Below are positions 17,608-26,453 of a DNA stretch of 64,000 nucleotides, piece by piece. The stretch is from a virus. The stretch lies in IMG/VR virus record IMGVR_UViG_3300049846_000430, positions 1 to 64,000 of that record. One strand, given 5' to 3'. Position 1 is the stretch's first letter. Each line of letters begins with the position of its first letter. Under the pieces are notes generated by a model. That model ran no database searches, had not been told where the DNA came from, and worked only from the letters and a program-made list of their open reading frames with translations. Both the position numbers and the translations under genes were made by a program.

Positions 17608-18852
17608 ATGGCCTATTTTAATCATGCTTTTTACAAAAGCTTCGTAGTAGCCAGCGTAGACACTGCTGGTGGAACTAAAACCAAAGACCTGGCTCCCGGT
17701 GAGTTGGCTCTTGTTAATGGATCAAACTGGACTAGTGTTGCTGCACTTCCAGTTCCCTCAATGGCTTACCTGGTTCAAGGTAGCTACCACACCAAGGATA
17801 ACATTGGAAACAATCCTGGCAACGGTGGTTACTCTGAGTCTGTAAAGTCAAAGGGTATCAATCCCAAGTTCATCACCCGTATTTGGGAATCTGACTGTTG
17901 CACTGCTTCTCCTGCTACTGTATGCATTGAAGTTGGACCTACCTGTGCTCCTTGCGGATCTAACCTGTTTCTGCGTATTGATGTTAAAGGTGCTCCTGCT
18001 CTGCGTTTCTTGAATCACAATGCTTATGCAATTGGTGATAGCTCAGGAAGTGCTGCTCAAGGTAATGTCCCCGGCATTTGCTGTGTAGAAGGACAAACCT
18101 ATCTGGATCCTGCTGTAGCTTTGGCTAAAGCTGCTGACATGCTGTTGCAAGATCCCATCATTGCTCCTTTTGTAAAAGAAAAGACTGGTGGTGGAATTAC
18201 CGTTCAATCTGGTGTTCTGGCTCCAGTTACTTACACCATTGCTCAGGTTCTTGATGGTACTTACGTTCCTTCATTGGATCCTGTAGCTGATGAGATCAGT
18301 GCTGAGGTTTGTTTCCAAGGTGCTTATGTAGACACCAAGTTTGGTGATTGCTCATTTGATACCCGTGACTACTATGGCAAAGAGCCCGTTCAGCTGATTG
18401 GTTCAGTTCTGAATGAAACTGGTGATCCTTGTAATGATTGCGGTGTTGTAACTACCACTCCTGGTACTATGCAGCAGACTTCAGGTGAAACAGTTTTGAG
18501 AGAAATCTTGATGACTGAAAACTACATGCAGTCTCCTTACAACCAGGGCAATCCTGATTCTGCACGTATCCGTGAGATTGAAGGTTCAACTGACATCCTG
18601 AATGCTGTTGACCGTAATGCTCTTTACAAAGGATACTATGTTCAGCATAGCATTCCCCGTCTGAACAATCCTACCGGTGTATTTGACAATGATCAGTATG
18701 TTTACCAGATCTTTGTTAAGTGTAGTGATCTTGCAACTCAGGCTCAGGTTGAAACCCTGTTGACTGAACTGGCAACTGCTGCTGAACTTTCTGGTAATCC
18801 TATTACCATTGAGAACAACATTGACACTTGTCCTCTTGGTTACTACTACTAA
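17608..18852 (+). CDS. Abundant virion structural protein (auxiliary capsid protein-like)
   Basis: High-expression codon bias like the MCP; own promoter motif and terminator; position in the crAss-like capsid block. Confidence 0.6.
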   Translation: MAYFNHAFYKSFVVASVDTAGGTKTKDLAPGELALVNGSNWTSVAALPVPSMAYLVQGSYHTKDNIGNNPGNGGYSESVKSKGINPKFITRIWESDCCTASPATVCIEVGPTCAPCGSNLFLRIDVKGAPALRFLNHNAYAIGDSSGSAAQGNVPGICCVEGQTYLDPAVALAKAADMLLQDPIIAPFVKEKTGGGITVQSGVLAPVTYTIAQVLDGTYVPSLDPVADEISAEVCFQGAYVDTKFGDCSFDTRDYYGKEPVQLIGSVLNETGDPCNDCGVVTTTPGTMQQTSGETVLREILMTENYMQSPYNQGNPDSARIREIEGSTDILNAVDRNALYKGYYVQHSIPRLNNPTGVFDNDQYVYQIFVKCSDLATQAQVETLLTELATAAELSGNPITIENNIDTCPLGYYY

Positions 18853-18866
18853 GATGTTTCTTTGAT

Positions 18867-18900
18867 AAAAAAGGGGTGGGATTTTTCTCATCCCTTTTTT
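18867..18900. terminator. Rho-independent terminator (possibly bidirectional)
   Basis: AAAAAA-GGGGTGGGA-TTTT-TCTCATCCC-TTTTTT. Confidence 0.85.
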
Positions 18901-18914
18901 ATTTTATTATTTCT

Positions 18915-18924
18915 TTGTATATTA
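18915..18924 (+). promoter_or_regulatory. Putative late promoter motif TTGTATATTA
   Basis: Immediately after a terminator and 29 nt before ATG 18954. Confidence 0.55.
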
Positions 18925-18953
18925 GATATAGGTATCTTAACAAATTTTACTAA

Positions 18954-19505
18954 ATGGCTGAAAAACATATTCTGAGCTTAGAGGTCCCAACGGTGGCAAA
19001 CTGTGATATTTTAACAATAAGGGATACCAGTCAGTACAGTGACAAATTACCAGTTGACTGTCCTGAGCTTTTAGTTACACCTCCGGGATTCAATGTTCCG
19101 GCTTTAATCAATGTTGTACCAAACTCAACAATGAATCTTACTGCCTGTGATCTTGACATACAGGGAGAAAACTGTGGAACTGTTACTACACCACTACCTG
19201 ATGGTGTTTATATAATCAAATATAGTGTTGCTCCAAATGACAAAGTGTATGTTGAATACAATCACTTGAGAGTAACAAGCTTGATGAACATGTATTATCA
19301 GGCACTTTGTAATATTGATCTTACAGCATGTGAACCAATGAGTGATAGAAGAGATGTAATTTCTGAAATGAGATACATCAGAACACTTATTGATGGAGCA
19401 GTGGCAAATGTTGAATATTGCCAAAGTCCAGCTAAAGGTATGGATATTTATAACTTTGCAAAGAAAAGACTACAGAAGCTAAACTGTAAGATTGTAGGAT
19501 GCTAA
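18954..19505 (+). CDS. Putative tail hub/structural protein
   Basis: Beta-rich N-domain with LPDGVYIIKYSV, helical Cys-containing C-domain; structural block. Confidence 0.5.
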   Translation: MAEKHILSLEVPTVANCDILTIRDTSQYSDKLPVDCPELLVTPPGFNVPALINVVPNSTMNLTACDLDIQGENCGTVTTPLPDGVYIIKYSVAPNDKVYVEYNHLRVTSLMNMYYQALCNIDLTACEPMSDRRDVISEMRYIRTLIDGAVANVEYCQSPAKGMDIYNFAKKRLQKLNCKIVGC

Positions 19506-19531
19506 CAATGTAACCAATAAAAAACCAATAT

Positions 19532-19714
19532 ATGACTTGTAAAAACTGTAACAAAGCATTTACCTGTGGATGTCAAAAGGCAAAAGCTGCAGATGGATCC
19601 AATGTACACAAAACATGTTTAAATGAGTACAACAACAAAACAGGTGGAAATGTCACACCTAGTAATTCATTAACTAAAACAATTCAACAAGCAAGAAGAA
19701 AAACAAATGGGTAA
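19532..19714 (+). CDS. Small Cys-rich protein
   Basis: CKNC....CGC...HKTC motif, 60 aa. Confidence 0.65.
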   Translation: MTCKNCNKAFTCGCQKAKAADGSNVHKTCLNEYNNKTGGNVTPSNSLTKTIQQARRKTNG

Positions 19715-19913
19715 CGCAGATCAGTTTATCATTAAGAAGATTAAGATGGAGCAGGACTTTGCTGCTGCTGTTTATAGGAACTTTAGAGAAGTTGCTTATG
19801 GTATAGAATCTTGTTGTGATAAAAATCTTGAAGATATAGTTATCCAAAAAGAACTTTGTGATTGGCAAGAGATAATGCCTGTAGATACATCTTGTGAACC
19901 AAAGTGCCCTTGA
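19707..19913 (+). CDS. Small hypothetical structural-block protein
   Basis: 68 aa, YGIESCC motif, overlaps the upstream stop. Confidence 0.65.
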   Translation: MGNADQFIIKKIKMEQDFAAAVYRNFREVAYGIESCCDKNLEDIVIQKELCDWQEIMPVDTSCEPKCP

Positions 19914-19929
19914 TTGAATTGAAAAAAAA

Positions 19930-19939
19930 TTGTATATTA
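19930..19939 (+). promoter_or_regulatory. Putative late promoter motif TTGTATATTA
   Basis: Intergenic, 44 nt upstream of ATG 19984. Confidence 0.55.
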
Positions 19940-19983
19940 TACTATAAGCTACAGGAACCCACACCAAAATAAAAAAAATATTC

Positions 19984-22900
19984 ATGATACCAGTAAATAA
20001 CGGAAGCCAACTACCTTGTTCACCAACATCCTCTAACTGTGTTATATGGCAGGGTCCTGATATTCCATGCATTAATCTTTGCAATGGTGACACTGTAAGT
20101 GATGTTATTGCTAAACTAGCAAGTGAACTTTGTAACATAATTGATGAAGCTTGTCAGTGTGAACCAAGCTTAACAGGTTTGGATTTGAAGTGCATATTAC
20201 CTTCAGGTCAAACACCTCCTCAAACTTTAACTGGTGTACTGCAGTTGATCATTGATTATCTGTGTAGTGTTATTCAAGGTCCTGGTGGTGGAGAAATTGT
20301 TGTTGTTCAACTTCCTCCTTGCTTATATTATAATGATCCTGTAACAGGTAATCCTATTACTGCTCTTCCAATTGATCAGTATGCTGCTTATTTGGCTAGT
20401 AAGATCTGTAACATTCTGACAAGTATTACAATCATTAATCAGACAATTCTTGATATTGAATCAAGACTTGTGGTTCTTGAAAACTGTGTACTTCCTTGTA
20501 GCCCTAGTGGTGGTGAGACTCAAGTAATTTCTCAGTGTATTATTCCTGGTGGATTGCCTGTAAATGTATCTACATTGCTTCTTGGTCTTGAATCTGCTTT
20601 TTGTAATCTTCAAAATGCAACAGGTGATCCTGCAACTATTAGCCAAACTATTAATCAACAGTGTTTGTATGGTAGTAGCCAAAAACTTTCAGGAGTTGGA
20701 ACCTATTCTGGTGTAACCGGATGGCAAGCATCACCTAGCACACTTGCACAATCTGTTAGAAATATCTGGATTATACTGTGTGATATGTATGCTGCTATTA
20801 CAGACATTAAAGATAATTGCTGTGATACAGGATGTGATACTGTACAGTTTGGATTTACTTATAATGTAGTTAATGATGGATTTGGTGTACCTACAAGTCT
20901 GAACTTAAACTTTACTAGTTCAAATATTCCTGCTGCATATAATGACTGTGGTGGAAGCACAACCATTACTATCACTGACTCAGGTGGAAATACAATTACT
21001 CAGGTAGCAAACATAAAAGCTTTGTCAACAAATCCTACCGGGGTGACAATTGCTTTAGCAGGTTTAAATGTTTATCAGTCACTTTTTGTTGCAATAAATT
21101 TCTGCGTAACAGATGGTATCAATCTTTGTTCTGAGTCCAGCACACAGATTGTTCCTTTGCAGATTCCTTGCCCTGTAAGCTATACAATTACACCAACTAC
21201 TAATACTGTAGCTGTTTCATTTTTAAATGGTCTTGGTTCTGGTGTATCATATGTAGTTAAAGTTACTGATACAACTACAAGTGCTCTTGCTGGATCATAT
21301 ACAGTAAACAGTCCTGGTGGTTCTGTAAGTCATACATTTACAGGTTTAGCTGTAGGAACTACATATACCGTTACTGTTGATATTGTTAGTGGCACTACTA
21401 CAAGAATATGTAATGCTGGTACATTTACAACTTTAGGTGCGGTGTGTGCTGATATAGTTTGTACTACTGTAGATCCAATGCTTACAATGGCTAATGCTGA
21501 CATTGTACTAGGATTCACTGGTGATATACCCGGATCTCCTACAGGTTCTGCAACTTATTATGGTTACAATATTGCTTCTAACAAGCTTATTGTAGAGACT
21601 CTTACTCAAGACTGTGGTGCACCTACAATCTCAAGTCCAAGTATAACTTTGGGTGGAACTGTAACTCTTACACTTTCTTGGCCTTTTTCTGTAGTTAGTG
21701 AAGTAGATATTACTACTGAATACAGTGCTGATAATGTTACATGGGCCGGTGCAACTACTGGTGCAACAGGACCAAGAACTATTGCTACTGGTATAACAAC
21801 TGGTCAGGTATACATAAGAGCTGTCACAAACTGCTCTGGTCCTGATACAAGTTTATATGCTGTAATTGCATATGACTTTGCAACAGGTCAATGGAGAACT
21901 TTAGCTGCTCCTGATAATATGAGTAACAGCACAAGCATGCTTGGCTCACCAAATTTTCCATATGGCACAGATCTGTACAATCCTGATTTAACTTGCGGTC
22001 TTTCTACATATACAGTTCCAGGATTTGCTACAACAGGTAGATGGTTTTACTTTGGTCAAGTTTATGTAGGTAGCACAATTTACTATGCATATGCTGGTTG
22101 GACTGATAATACTTCACCAACTCCAGATTCCGTTGCATCACTTGTACTTTGCTGTGAGTGTCCTGCTTATATCATAGGTACACCTAGAATTCCTTATAGT
22201 GAGTATGAAGCTGTTTATTGTAACTATGGTAACAATATTACATTTACATTAGACTATATACTTGGTAGTGGTACTCCAGTATGGACTATTACAAACAATG
22301 CAACAAATGGTACAGTTGTACATTTAGGTGGTAACTCATTTGAGTATACAAATACTACATCTAGTTATGGTGATACTGTAACTATAAGTCTTACATCTTC
22401 TACAGGATGTGGAGTATCTTCAAGAGTTGTACAAATTCAACTGTTTCCGTGTAATCTTAATCTTAGATCTAGTACAGAAGATATCTATGCTTTTATAGAT
22501 ACTAATACCGTAACCTTGGCTGAAGGTCCTGAAATAGTAACAGCACTTGGAAATGTTTCTTCAGGTCTTGGTTTTTACGGATGGACTGGTAATATGTATA
22601 TAATACCTGTACAAGATTCTAAATGGCTTGGATATCAAAAAGCTATTGTTGATGACGGTGCTAGTGCATTACTTGATCCTGCTGTTGCTTGGACTGCATT
22701 ATCAGTTCTTCCAACATCCTGGACTGGTGGTGCTGTAGTAAATAAAAATAGAGGATTTGTTATTGCATTTTCTAATGAATCATATTCTGATTATCATGAT
22801 ATTAGTTTAGCAGCCGGATGGGGTGCAGGTCCTACACTTCAACCAACTACTAACTATAAAGAGAACTATCAGGAATTTTTTGATTCTCAAAATGGACCTT

Positions 22901-23592
22901 CTGGTGTTTGGCCTGCTGTTACATACATGTCAACTTGGGCATCTACACTTAATTTTTCAGGTCCTCAGTTTCCGGAAGGATTTACAGGTATTTACTATCC
23001 TGTAAACAATAGTCCAGCAAATGCTACAGCTGCTGCTATTCTGCAGGGTCTTGCTTGTTATACAGCAGAAATGATTCCTCCTGGAAAGTACGGTGTACAA
23101 ACTGCAGTTGATGTAACAGCATATCTTATGACCGGTGTTACACCTTCAGCTACTAATCCGTATCAAGGTGCTCTTACAAATAATCCATTGCTTACCATAA
23201 GTGGATTATGGAATCAAGGATGGATGATGTTCTTAAATCAAAAAGAACCATGGACTTATGATACTGCACCTGGGTCAGATAAAGTTGATGTTGATATTCT
23301 TTATACAGCTTCTAGTTGTTCTAGTGGGACATTACCTGTTGTTCCTGAAACAAGATACAGAGTGGTTGATTGTGCAACAAATGAATCATTTTATGTAGCT
23401 GGTATAACAGGAGGTCCTTACAATATTGACGAAGTTCTCAAACTTACTAATCTTGGACCTGGAACACCTACCTGGCCTAACGGTACTGATTTATGTGTTA
23501 AGATTGTTTCACTTGTATCAGATACATTCCCCACATTCCCAGTAATTATAGCTTCTGGTCCTTATGCTAACTGTGGACTTTGCCCACCCTAA
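19984..23592 (+). CDS. Large Cys-rich tail fibre/spike-like protein with FN3/Ig-like domains
   Basis: N-terminal CSPTSSNCVIWQGPDIPC..CNGDTVSDVIAKL domain, FN3-like HTFTGLAVGTTYTVTV, T/S/G-rich beta content. Confidence 0.65.
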   Translation: MIPVNNGSQLPCSPTSSNCVIWQGPDIPCINLCNGDTVSDVIAKLASELCNIIDEACQCEPSLTGLDLKCILPSGQTPPQTLTGVLQLIIDYLCSVIQGPGGGEIVVVQLPPCLYYNDPVTGNPITALPIDQYAAYLASKICNILTSITIINQTILDIESRLVVLENCVLPCSPSGGETQVISQCIIPGGLPVNVSTLLLGLESAFCNLQNATGDPATISQTINQQCLYGSSQKLSGVGTYSGVTGWQASPSTLAQSVRNIWIILCDMYAAITDIKDNCCDTGCDTVQFGFTYNVVNDGFGVPTSLNLNFTSSNIPAAYNDCGGSTTITITDSGGNTITQVANIKALSTNPTGVTIALAGLNVYQSLFVAINFCVTDGINLCSESSTQIVPLQIPCPVSYTITPTTNTVAVSFLNGLGSGVSYVVKVTDTTTSALAGSYTVNSPGGSVSHTFTGLAVGTTYTVTVDIVSGTTTRICNAGTFTTLGAVCADIVCTTVDPMLTMANADIVLGFTGDIPGSPTGSATYYGYNIASNKLIVETLTQDCGAPTISSPSITLGGTVTLTLSWPFSVVSEVDITTEYSADNVTWAGATTGATGPRTIATGITTGQVYIRAVTNCSGPDTSLYAVIAYDFATGQWRTLAAPDNMSNSTSMLGSPNFPYGTDLYNPDLTCGLSTYTVPGFATTGRWFYFGQVYVGSTIYYAYAGWTDNTSPTPDSVASLVLCCECPAYIIGTPRIPYSEYEAVYCNYGNNITFTLDYILGSGTPVWTITNNATNGTVVHLGGNSFEYTNTTSSYGDTVTISLTSSTGCGVSSRVVQIQLFPCNLNLRSSTEDIYAFIDTNTVTLAEGPEIVTALGNVSSGLGFYGWTGNMYIIPVQDSKWLGYQKAIVDDGASALLDPAVAWTALSVLPTSWTGGAVVNKNRGFVIAFSNESYSDYHDISLAAGWGAGPTLQPTTNYKENYQEFFDSQNGPSGVWPAVTYMSTWASTLNFSGPQFPEGFTGIYYPVNNSPANATAAAILQGLACYTAEMIPPGKYGVQTAVDVTAYLMTGVTPSATNPYQGALTNNPLLTISGLWNQGWMMFLNQKEPWTYDTAPGSDKVDVDILYTASSCSSGTLPVVPETRYRVVDCATNESFYVAGITGGPYNIDEVLKLTNLGPGTPTWPNGTDLCVKIVSLVSDTFPTFPVIIASGPYANCGLCPP

Positions 23593-23607
23593 TTAAATAA
23601 ATAAAAA

Positions 23608-24183
23608 ATGGCTTGTAATACTTGTAACAACTGCGGAAACTCATCCCCATGTGGATGTAAAGATCATGGTCTAACCACACCTTGTGGCTATACTGACTGT
23701 GGACCGGGTAATGAAAGATGTGATGATATTCAGTGTGCTGAATGTGTAAGTTATTGTGGAACCACCTTTAGACTTGAAACTGAAGGTGGCAGACTTGAAG
23801 TTCAGCAAGGAGAAAGATTAGATAGTATACTGCAAAAACTTTCCCTAATTATTGTTAATGGATTAGGTCCTTGTACTGCTACAGATGTACATCACGCACC
23901 TTACAATGTTTATGCTCAAAACATTACCGGAACAACTGCAACAATTGTTTGGAGTGGAACATCATCTTTGACAGCTGCATTGGATATCTATTATAGGGTT
24001 GATGCACTAATACCCGGCCCATGGATTCAGGCAAACACACTTGGAATATCTCCATTGGTAAACAATTTTACTATAACCAACTTAACACCCGGTGTTAAAT
24101 ATGTTGTTTACATAAAATCAGAAGACACATTTGCTAATCCATGTGATTCAGTGCAGATAGTATTTACCACTGTTTTACTGTAA
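23608..24183 (+). CDS. Cys-rich protein with C-terminal fibronectin type III domain
   Basis: APYNVYAQNITGTTATIVW...FTITNLTPGVKYVVYIKS FN3 signature; N-terminal Cys cluster. Confidence 0.75.
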   Translation: MACNTCNNCGNSSPCGCKDHGLTTPCGYTDCGPGNERCDDIQCAECVSYCGTTFRLETEGGRLEVQQGERLDSILQKLSLIIVNGLGPCTATDVHHAPYNVYAQNITGTTATIVWSGTSSLTAALDIYYRVDALIPGPWIQANTLGISPLVNNFTITNLTPGVKYVVYIKSEDTFANPCDSVQIVFTTVLL

Positions 24184-24189
24184 GATACT

Positions 24190-24253
24190 AGTGATAGTTT
24201 GTTGGTTACCTATCATTCTGTTGAGAGGGGTCTTGGAAACAAGACCTCTTTTA
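24190..24253 (+). ncRNA. Putative 3'-UTR structured RNA: large-loop hairpin plus terminator
   Basis: AGTGATAG-[TTTGTTGGTTAC]-CTATCATT hairpin followed by a GAAA-capped terminator. Confidence 0.35.
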
Positions 24254-24256
24254 TTT
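24223..24256 (+). terminator. Rho-independent terminator
   Basis: GAGGGGTCTTG-GAAA-CAAGACCTCT-TTTATTT. Confidence 0.85.
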
Positions 24257-24330
24257 AAGATGCTGTAACCATAACTTTGTAAAAAGAGTCAGTTGCAGAA
24301 CTGCTTATTTTTTTGTAAATTATAATATAT

Positions 24331-24891
24331 ATGATCAGCAACTTTAAAAAACCAAACGTCAAAGGTCCAAGATTCAGAACACAAAGCTTAAGTTTATTGA
24401 ACAATGACATCTGTAAGGAGTTTAAAGAACTAAAACCCGCATATGCAAACATTGACAACAATAAGCTTAAGAAGATCATAAAGCTTTATAATGAAGCTTT
24501 ATGGAAAGCTGTTATTGCACATAGAGATGGAGTAGAGTTGCCAGAATCACTTGGTTATATTTTTATTGGTACATGTCCCCCAGCAAAAGGAGTAAACATT
24601 GATTACTCACTTTCTAAAGAATATGGAAAGGTTTTGCAGAATAAGAACTGGGATACTGATGGAAATATAGGTAAGATCTTTTACACCAACTGGTCTACCA
24701 AGTATAGATTTAGAAATAGAGATCTTTGGGGATTTGTAGCATGCAGGAATTTTAAAAGGTGTGTTGCAAAAGAATACCCAAAGGATTGGACCAAATACTT
24801 AAAAATGAAAAATAAATTCAGAATAGCTCAATTGTTTCTTAAAAGCACAGACAAAGAAACTCTTGAGAAATATGATGAATTTGAAAATTAA
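24331..24891 (+). CDS. IHF/HU-like protein (crAss tail-block IHF homologue)
   Basis: LKKIIKLYNEALWKAVIAHRDGVELPESLGYIFI resembles the HU/IHF core; position before the tail ring genes as in crAss-like phages. Confidence 0.6.
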   Translation: MISNFKKPNVKGPRFRTQSLSLLNNDICKEFKELKPAYANIDNNKLKKIIKLYNEALWKAVIAHRDGVELPESLGYIFIGTCPPAKGVNIDYSLSKEYGKVLQNKNWDTDGNIGKIFYTNWSTKYRFRNRDLWGFVACRNFKRCVAKEYPKDWTKYLKMKNKFRIAQLFLKSTDKETLEKYDEFEN

Positions 24892-24896
24892 ATATA

Positions 24897-25562
24897 ATGA
24901 CAACCATTGCTGAAGTAATATCAAGAATACGGAATGAGGTAAAAGCAGAATCTCAAGATGCTTTTGTTACTGACCGGTATGTATACAGCTTAATAAATAA
25001 GTTTGCCCAACTCTATATGAGAAGGCAGGATGTATCTAACAAGTTGATGAGATTCAACTCTGTGTGGAAAGTTCTTCCTTATATAGAACTTATTGAGGTA
25101 GATAAGATAGAAGCTGAGTGTGTAGGAGTTTATAGTGGTTGCACATTCATGAGAACCAAAGATAAACTTCCCAAGATGATAGAAGGATACTGGGGTCCTT
25201 TGATTAGGAGTGTTACTTCCATAGATGGTTCAACATCACTTCAACCAACATATCCTTCTACATTTGTCTCAATGACAAAGACTAGCACATTCAGATACAA
25301 CACAACCAAGTACTTTTGGTATTTGAATGGTTATATCTATGTTCCTAATGTTACATGGAATGCAATCAAACTTGAAGGTGTATTTGATTCTGATATTTCA
25401 GAATGGCTTTGTGATGAGAAGTGTATTCCCAGATATGAACAACAAATGAATATTCCGGAAGCAATGTTTGCTGAAATTGAACAGCAAGTATTAGCAACCA
25501 TGATAAATACTTTTAGACTTCCTAGTGAAGACTCAGATAACAAACTTAATCCAAATAGATAA
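24897..25562 (+). CDS. Putative tail ring protein
   Basis: MTTIAEVISRIR N-terminal helix, KYFWYLNGYIYV strand, helical C-terminus. Confidence 0.6.
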   Translation: MTTIAEVISRIRNEVKAESQDAFVTDRYVYSLINKFAQLYMRRQDVSNKLMRFNSVWKVLPYIELIEVDKIEAECVGVYSGCTFMRTKDKLPKMIEGYWGPLIRSVTSIDGSTSLQPTYPSTFVSMTKTSTFRYNTTKYFWYLNGYIYVPNVTWNAIKLEGVFDSDISEWLCDEKCIPRYEQQMNIPEAMFAEIEQQVLATMINTFRLPSEDSDNKLNPNR

Positions 25563-26449
25563 TGGGAGTTTCAAATAAATACAGAACCTTTGATCAATTA
25601 CTTGAAGATGTAAATGTTGACTTTTCAAGTTTTTCACTTGAAGGTATGATAGAACCTCAGCAACTTATAAAGGTTGCATTGAGGGTTAACTATGATCTAG
25701 GAGTAAGAATTAACAGAACTAAAGAAGCAGTATTGGATGTTGAACATTCTAAGACAAAACTTCCTTGGGATTTTGCATATATGAATTATGCATTTTTATG
25801 TGGAGATTATGAGATATATAGCGAAATGCCTTCTGGCACTTACATTGACACTACTAATCCTGTTCCTTATGTTCCTGATCCTGGTTATACTGGACCGTGT
25901 AATGACCCTACTTGTAATGATGTATGTGTAATTAAGTCATGTGATAACAGCAAGCAGTACCAGCTTGTACAGAAAGTAAATGGTGGACAGTATAGAAAGT
26001 ATACAAGCTTTATGCAATTGCAGTTCTCAAATACCCATAAGTCTTTGTGTGATTGCCCAAACATAAACATACAGTCTCCTAATATTGCTGAGATAAGAGA
26101 TGGTTTCATTTTAACCAATTTTGAAACTGGCAAGATTTACATCAACTATCAGAGTTCAATGGAAGATCCTGATGGTAATCTTTTAGTTCTTGATCATCCT
26201 TATTGCAATGAATATTATGAATATGCTCTTAAGCAAAGAATTCTTGAAAATCTTGTGTTTGCCGGAGAGAATGTTGTAAATCAACTAAGCATGATAGAAG
26301 CAAGACTAAGAGCTGCTAGAAACAATGCATTATCATTTGTGAATACACCAGACTTCCAAGAGATGAAGAAAATGTGGTGGACTAACAGAAGAGCACAATA
26401 CCATAACTACTACAACATGTTTAAAAGCTATCCTCAAATAGGATATTAA
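25562..26449 (+). CDS. Tail tubular/ring protein (P22 gp4-like position)
   Basis: IRDGFILTNFETGKIYINY...DPDGNLLVLDHP...YYEYALK motif; directly upstream of the tail stabilisation gene. Confidence 0.65.
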   Translation: MGVSNKYRTFDQLLEDVNVDFSSFSLEGMIEPQQLIKVALRVNYDLGVRINRTKEAVLDVEHSKTKLPWDFAYMNYAFLCGDYEIYSEMPSGTYIDTTNPVPYVPDPGYTGPCNDPTCNDVCVIKSCDNSKQYQLVQKVNGGQYRKYTSFMQLQFSNTHKSLCDCPNINIQSPNIAEIRDGFILTNFETGKIYINYQSSMEDPDGNLLVLDHPYCNEYYEYALKQRILENLVFAGENVVNQLSMIEARLRAARNNALSFVNTPDFQEMKKMWWTNRRAQYHNYYNMFKSYPQIGY

Positions 26450-26453
26450 GGTC

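Noticed and set aside
22470-23250. Second vWA-like domain in the 1202-aa fibre protein (DIYAFIDTNT...FVIAFSNES)
   Set aside because: The MIDAS DxSxS motif is not intact; resemblance is too weak to call without a profile search
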